DNA from: a virus
Lineage: Duplodnaviria > Caudoviricetes
IMG/VR virus record: IMGVR_UViG_3300037467_000973
Location: 1 to 28,811 of that record
Strand: one strand, 5' to 3'
DNA: 28,811 bases
Shown: positions 24,846 to 28,811 of the stretch, one piece after another
Position numbering within the stretch: position 1 is the stretch's first letter
Layout of the letters: the number at the start of each line of letters is the position of its first letter
The notes under the pieces: model-generated
The model's input: only the letters and a program-made list of their open reading frames with translations
Databases searched by the model: none
What the model was told of the DNA's origin: nothing
Translations under genes and position numbers: made by a program

Positions 24846-25834
24846 CGATCCTGACCGCCGGAGGCGAAATGGGATCGTTCACCCCATCCGATAACACCGT
24901 CTATGAAAGCACGAACGGCGGGGGGTTCAACAGCGCGTTCGCCCGTTGCGCGATCTACTGCAATAATAACGGCTCCTACGCGGAGTCCGAGGTCTTCACC
25001 GCTACGGCTGATTTCTGGCTGCACATCGAGATTACGAATACCTCGGCCTTCAACACCGATGGCACGTATCAAAAGCTCATCGAGTTTCTGGATAGCGGCG
25101 GAACCGCCCGCGTCAGACTGCTGGCGAACTCTCCTGCCGACTCCAGCGGCAACTGGAAGATGGAGTATTGGAACGGCAGCGCGTGGACGATCGCCGGTTC
25201 GGCCTACGCGGCAACAGTCAACACGCTCCAGACCTTCGACATTCACATTGTCTCAAACACCGCTAGCGGAACGGTGGCGTCCTACATCTCGGGAACGCAG
25301 AAAAGCTTGGCGACGGTCGATCTTTCGGCCTTCAGCGGCATCGCCCAGTTCCGCGTGTGGGGCAAGACGGTCGGCATCGCTGTTCCGGTTTATTACAGTC
25401 AGGCCATCGCAGCCAACGAGTCCACCATCGGTTGGCGCCTGACCACGGTTCCGCCCACGTCCGGAGGGGCAACAACCGACTGGACGGGCACTTATGCCGA
25501 GATTGACGAGATCACCTATTCGGACGCGGATTTCATCAACTCGGCAACGGTGAATCAGGTCGAGCTCGTCGCGCATTCGACCACGATCCCATCGGGCTAT
25601 CTGGTTCGCGGCGTCGCCGTGACTGCGCGTGGCCGGCGGTCGTCGGGATCTGGACCGCAACACCTCCAGCTGGCCGTTAGGTCGGGCGGAACGGTTTATG
25701 TCTCCGGCTCAAAGTCGCTGGGGCTAGGCTATCAGCCGTTCACCAACGTCTGGGAAGATGACCCGGCCACCAGCGCGGACTTCACCACCAGCGCGATTAC
25801 GTCCCTGCAATATGGCGTGAAGAGCATTACCTGA
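24842..25834 (+). CDS. Tail-associated beta-rich protein
   Basis: S/T/G/aromatic-rich 330 aa in fibre cluster. Confidence 0.7.
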   Translation: MTILTAGGEMGSFTPSDNTVYESTNGGGFNSAFARCAIYCNNNGSYAESEVFTATADFWLHIEITNTSAFNTDGTYQKLIEFLDSGGTARVRLLANSPADSSGNWKMEYWNGSAWTIAGSAYAATVNTLQTFDIHIVSNTASGTVASYISGTQKSLATVDLSAFSGIAQFRVWGKTVGIAVPVYYSQAIAANESTIGWRLTTVPPTSGGATTDWTGTYAEIDEITYSDADFINSATVNQVELVAHSTTIPSGYLVRGVAVTARGRRSSGSGPQHLQLAVRSGGTVYVSGSKSLGLGYQPFTNVWEDDPATSADFTTSAITSLQYGVKSIT

Positions 25835-26007
25835 TGGCTGACCAGGCAGAAGTTACTAAAGCCGTCGCTCATGTGGCTACAGGCCAGGTGAGCGACAGCG
25901 CAGCCGTCTCGAAGGTGGTTGCCTACCTGATCCTCGTTCCTGGCGATTCCGGTCCTGACACGTCGAACAGACAGGGCCACGTCCACACCCAGATAATCCG
26001 GAGATAG
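25834..26007 (+). CDS. Small tail-associated protein (57 aa)
   Basis: Hand translation MADQAEVTKAVAHVATGQVSDSAAVSKVVAYLILVPGDS...; TGATG coupling; exactly fills the gap. Confidence 0.7.
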   Translation: MADQAEVTKAVAHVATGQVSDSAAVSKVVAYLILVPGDSGPDTSNRQGHVHTQIIRR

Positions 26008-26008
26008 C

Positions 26009-26806
26009 ATGGCGCTCATCGTCGCTGATCGCGTGGCCGAGACCTCGACCACGACCGGGACAGGTGCGCTTACCCTTGCCGCTGCGATCACGGGATTTCG
26101 GCGGTTCTCGGCCGTCTGCTCGACCAATGACACAGCCTACTACGCCATCATCGCCGTGGACGGAAACGGCAATCCGTCAGGCGACTGGGAATGCGGACTG
26201 GGAACATACTCGTCGGCCAACACCCTTACTCGCACAACGCCGCAAGCCTCGACCAATTCTAACGCGGCGGTGAATTTCGGTGCCGGCACGAAATACGTTT
26301 ATCTATCATCGACAGCAGCGCATCTGGCAACCTTGCTCCCACCTAGCGCCGCAGTTGCTTCGGATCTCAATACCGGGACGAACACCACCAAATTTGTAAC
26401 CCCTGACGCTTTGGCCGGAGCCAACCTCGGCACTCCCACCATCACCCTTCTTGTCAGTGACCCTAACGGATCAGCGATCACGACTGGCGACGGCAAGGCT
26501 TACTGGCGGGTGCCTTCGACGCTGAACGGAATGAACCTGGTCGGCGTAGCGGCGCACGTCACAACGGTCTCATCGTCGGGGATTCCGACCATCCAGATCG
26601 CGAACGTAACCGACAGTGTGGACATGCTTTCGACCAAGCTGACGATCGATGCCAGTGAGAAGGACAGCAGCACCGCCGCGACGGCGGCGGTGATCGACAC
26701 CGCCCACGATGATGTTGCGACCGGCGACGAACTCCGGATCGACATTGACGTTGCCGGGACCGGAGCCAAGGGCCTCATGGTCGAGATGCAGTTCCAGCTT
26801 CCATGA
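26009..26806 (+). CDS. Tail fibre protein
   Basis: MALIVADRVAETSTTTGTG...WECGLGTY...LTRT...VNFGAGTKYV; TTKFVTP knuckle motif. Confidence 0.8.
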   Translation: MALIVADRVAETSTTTGTGALTLAAAITGFRRFSAVCSTNDTAYYAIIAVDGNGNPSGDWECGLGTYSSANTLTRTTPQASTNSNAAVNFGAGTKYVYLSSTAAHLATLLPPSAAVASDLNTGTNTTKFVTPDALAGANLGTPTITLLVSDPNGSAITTGDGKAYWRVPSTLNGMNLVGVAAHVTTVSSSGIPTIQIANVTDSVDMLSTKLTIDASEKDSSTAATAAVIDTAHDDVATGDELRIDIDVAGTGAKGLMVEMQFQLP

Positions 26807-27468
26807 TAATCCAGGCGGTCAAGTGCTTCTCAGGCAGTGGTAGTGCGGCGCCTGACGCCAACACCCTCTGGCTATTCCGCTACAATGTTTCACCGCCAAC
26901 CGATGAAATCACTAGCTTTGCCCTGACGTTGGCCGGCAACGCTACGGTGGACACGACCAACCACTGGATGACGTGCGACGGGGCGGGCGACTGGGCATCA
27001 ACCACCAACACGACCGGATTCAATATTCCCTCTGGCGACTTCACGCTGGAAATGCACATGCAAGTTCCGTCGGGCCAAGTCGGCGGATCGGTCTCGCGAC
27101 GGCCTGGGATCAACTCCGGTTCTTGGGCATGGTTTCACAATGGCAACGGAACGATAGATTGCTATTTCGACAATATCTCCGGATCTCCCCTGATCAATTT
27201 CGGAGCAGGTGCCGCGGACAATACGATGAAGCACTATGCTCTCGTGCGTTCGGGCAACACTTGGACGACATACATCAATGGAACTCAGAAGGGGACAGTG
27301 ACAAACTCCGGAACGATCGGCACTGCGCTCTCCACGTTCGGCATCGGGACCGATTTCTTCAATGCCGGAGCCCGCGATATTTCAGGCAACTTCGGGCGGT
27401 TGAAATGCTCCAATATCGCCCGCTGGACCTCTGGGGGCTTCACCCCGCCCGCGATCACCGACGTTTAA
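26803..27468 (+). CDS. LamG/concanavalin A-like receptor-binding protein
   Basis: GDFTLEM...HYALVRSGNTWTTYING...SNIARWTSGGFTPP. Confidence 0.85.
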   Translation: MIIQAVKCFSGSGSAAPDANTLWLFRYNVSPPTDEITSFALTLAGNATVDTTNHWMTCDGAGDWASTTNTTGFNIPSGDFTLEMHMQVPSGQVGGSVSRRPGINSGSWAWFHNGNGTIDCYFDNISGSPLINFGAGAADNTMKHYALVRSGNTWTTYINGTQKGTVTNSGTIGTALSTFGIGTDFFNAGARDISGNFGRLKCSNIARWTSGGFTPPAITDV

Positions 27469-28215
27469 CCGCCACGGCGCGACGATCCATTCCTTGAGGC
27501 CAGTCGGCTGCGGCATCCCCCCGACCCCGACCTCAGGCCACTCGTCTGATTGGGGCATGTAGAGCGTTCCGAAAAGCCAGTCCCATAGCGGGCTGAACGC
27601 TCCGAAGTTCTTGTTGAAGTGCTCCGGGTTCAGCGAATGATGGATGCGGTGATAGCGATTATCGACCCAAACGTAGCGCAGCGGGCCGAAGTGCGGTCGC
27701 GATGACGAGTGGATGTAGAATTGCTGATAGCGGAACAGCAGGACCAAGAGCCCTAGCGTGGGGGCAATCTTCACGTCGAAGAACATCAGCGGAATTGCAA
27801 CGGTGAGGCTCATGAAGGCCTCGGTCCAATGGTGGTAGCTGTTCGCTGCCGACAGGTCGCGGATCGAGTGGTGGACTGCGTGAAACCGCCAAAAGAAGCG
27901 ATGCTCGATCCGGTGGGCAATATAGAATTGAAGGTCGAGCCAAAGGGCCAGGACGACCGCACCGACCACTGGCGAGAAGACGCCCAAGTGGATCGGGATT
28001 GGCTTTATGCTCATGGCCTTCGAGATGTCACCCATAATCACCGCGACGCCGGCTCCTAGCGGCGCTGCGGCCAGCAGGAAGATGAAGCCGCCGGCCCTTC
28101 GCGGAAAAGGAATGCGTTCCTTTGGGAACGCCAGCTCGAACGGCAGGAAAATAGCCACGCCCGCGCACTGGTAGGCGAGCACGACCAGCAGGTTGGTAAG
28201 AAAATCCTCGACCAC
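27382..28215 (-). CDS. Fatty acid hydroxylase / sterol desaturase family membrane enzyme (moron)
   Basis: His boxes HRIEH, HAVHH, YIH, HRIHH; KNFG...WDWLFGT; start GTG 28215 (SD GGGAGG) or ATG 28227. Confidence 0.92.
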   Translation of the reverse strand: MVEDFLTNLLVVLAYQCAGVAIFLPFELAFPKERIPFPRRAGGFIFLLAAAPLGAGVAVIMGDISKAMSIKPIPIHLGVFSPVVGAVVLALWLDLQFYIAHRIEHRFFWRFHAVHHSIRDLSAANSYHHWTEAFMSLTVAIPLMFFDVKIAPTLGLLVLLFRYQQFYIHSSSRPHFGPLRYVWVDNRYHRIHHSLNPEHFNKNFGAFSPLWDWLFGTLYMPQSDEWPEVGVGGMPQPTGLKEWIVAPWRLNVGDRGRGEAPRGPAGDIGAFQPPEVA

Positions 28216-28311
28216 ACACCCTCCCATCCGAGCGCGATCATCTTAACCCGAATTAAACACCCAAGCCAAGCGGCTTCCCAGTCGGAGTGTATCAAAAATG
28301 GACCAGCCGAA

Positions 28312-28494
28312 GTGACGCACGATTACTACCGGGTGCTCGATTGGAGCACAGTGCTTTGCGCCGGTCTGGCCGCTTTCAGCTTTTGGCAGGGGATCGCCCT
28401 CGCGGTCACGATCCTCGCCGGCCTCATGTCGCTGACACTCGGCGCGATCCGCATCCATGACCGCCTGAGATACGGACCAGCGAGGGGCAAATGA
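28312..28494 (+). CDS. Holin-like small membrane protein
   Basis: 60 aa, hydrophobic core, basic C-terminus; downstream of fibres. Confidence 0.55.
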   Translation: MTHDYYRVLDWSTVLCAGLAAFSFWQGIALAVTILAGLMSLTLGAIRIHDRLRYGPARGK

Positions 28495-28640
28495 TCGAAG
28501 ATGACGGGTGGATCACCCTTTATCCCAAGCTGCCGAAGCTCGCCGACAAGGTGAGCGACCAGCTTCACCGGGCATATGACGACACCCTCAACGAGGAGAT
28601 CCCCGAACACCTGAAGAAACTGCTGGACGACCTGGACTAA
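28491..28640 (+). CDS. nepR: NepR-family anti-sigma-factor-like protein (49 aa)
   Basis: Hand translation MIEDDGWITLYPKLPKLADKVSDQLHRAYDDTLNEEIPEHLKKLLDDLD; SD GAGGGG; ATGA coupling. Confidence 0.75.
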   Translation: MIEDDGWITLYPKLPKLADKVSDQLHRAYDDTLNEEIPEHLKKLLDDLD

Positions 28641-28657
28641 CGGCTGGGGGACCGCAT

Positions 28658-28811
28658 GTGGCAGCCAATGACAACCCGCGCATCCTTTTCCTCGACATCG
28701 AAACCCGCCCCGCCACCGCTTACGTGTGGGGGCTTTTCGACATCAACATCGCGCTTAATCAACTGGTCGATGCTGGCGGCACGCTGTGCTTCTCAGCCAA
28801 GTTCCAGGGCG
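28658..28811 (+). CDS. RNase H-like (DnaQ/YprB-type) exonuclease, N-terminus only
   Basis: MAANDNPRILFLDIETRPATAYVWGLFDINIALNQLV...LCFSAKF; LDIET exo I motif. Confidence 0.85.
   Translation, partial: MAANDNPRILFLDIETRPATAYVWGLFDINIALNQLVDAGGTLCFSAKFQG

Larger units (their letters stand above)
1..28811. mobile_element. Temperate P22-like phage/prophage segment (both ends outside window)
   Basis: Lambdoid cI/cro switch and replication module followed by terminase, portal, scaffold, capsid and gp4/gp10/gp26/gp14/gp7/gp20/gp16-like gene order; no tape measure gene; no integrase or att site visible. Confidence 0.95.

Noticed and set aside
28243-28256. Possible CtrA box TTAA...TTAA
   Set aside because: Spacer is 6 nt, not the canonical 7; better explained as an AT-rich promoter
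1-28811. Integrase, att sites, endolysin, tail-chaperone frameshift
   Set aside because: None seen; the first three probably lie outside the window and the last is not expected in a short-tailed phage

Overview
A 28.8-kb, GC-rich segment of a temperate P22-like (podovirus-type) phage or prophage. The host is an alphaproteobacterium, probably a sphingomonad (inferred from GTTC-N7-GTTC LexA boxes, a NepR-like gene and ANDN motifs). Left to right: a leftward early operon (partial C5 DNA methyltransferase, hypotheticals, an AAWA/AARD repeat protein); an immunity switch (CI-like repressor without a peptidase domain, Cro, ACACC-N5-GGTGT operators); a rightward early/replication operon (T5orf172, CII-like, RusA-like, DnaA-C HTH, replication initiator, split primase-helicase, HNH, Q-position regulator); a late promoter with leader terminator; packaging, head, tail and ejection genes; tail fibres; a reverse-strand fatty-acid hydroxylase moron; a holin-like gene; a NepR-like mini-gene; and a partial RNase H-like exonuclease. 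Most notable: (1) a 49-aa NepR anti-sigma mimic absent from the ORF track; (2) a LexA-boxed ORF overlapping the repressor in antisense; (3) two probable +1 recoding sites (primase zinc finger to TOPRIM, and ejection protein to lytic transglycosylase); (4) tandem pseudoknot-like RNA units before the scaffold gene; (5) a hidden 38-aa membrane gene at the sieA position. All family calls come from motifs recognised by eye, not from database searches.
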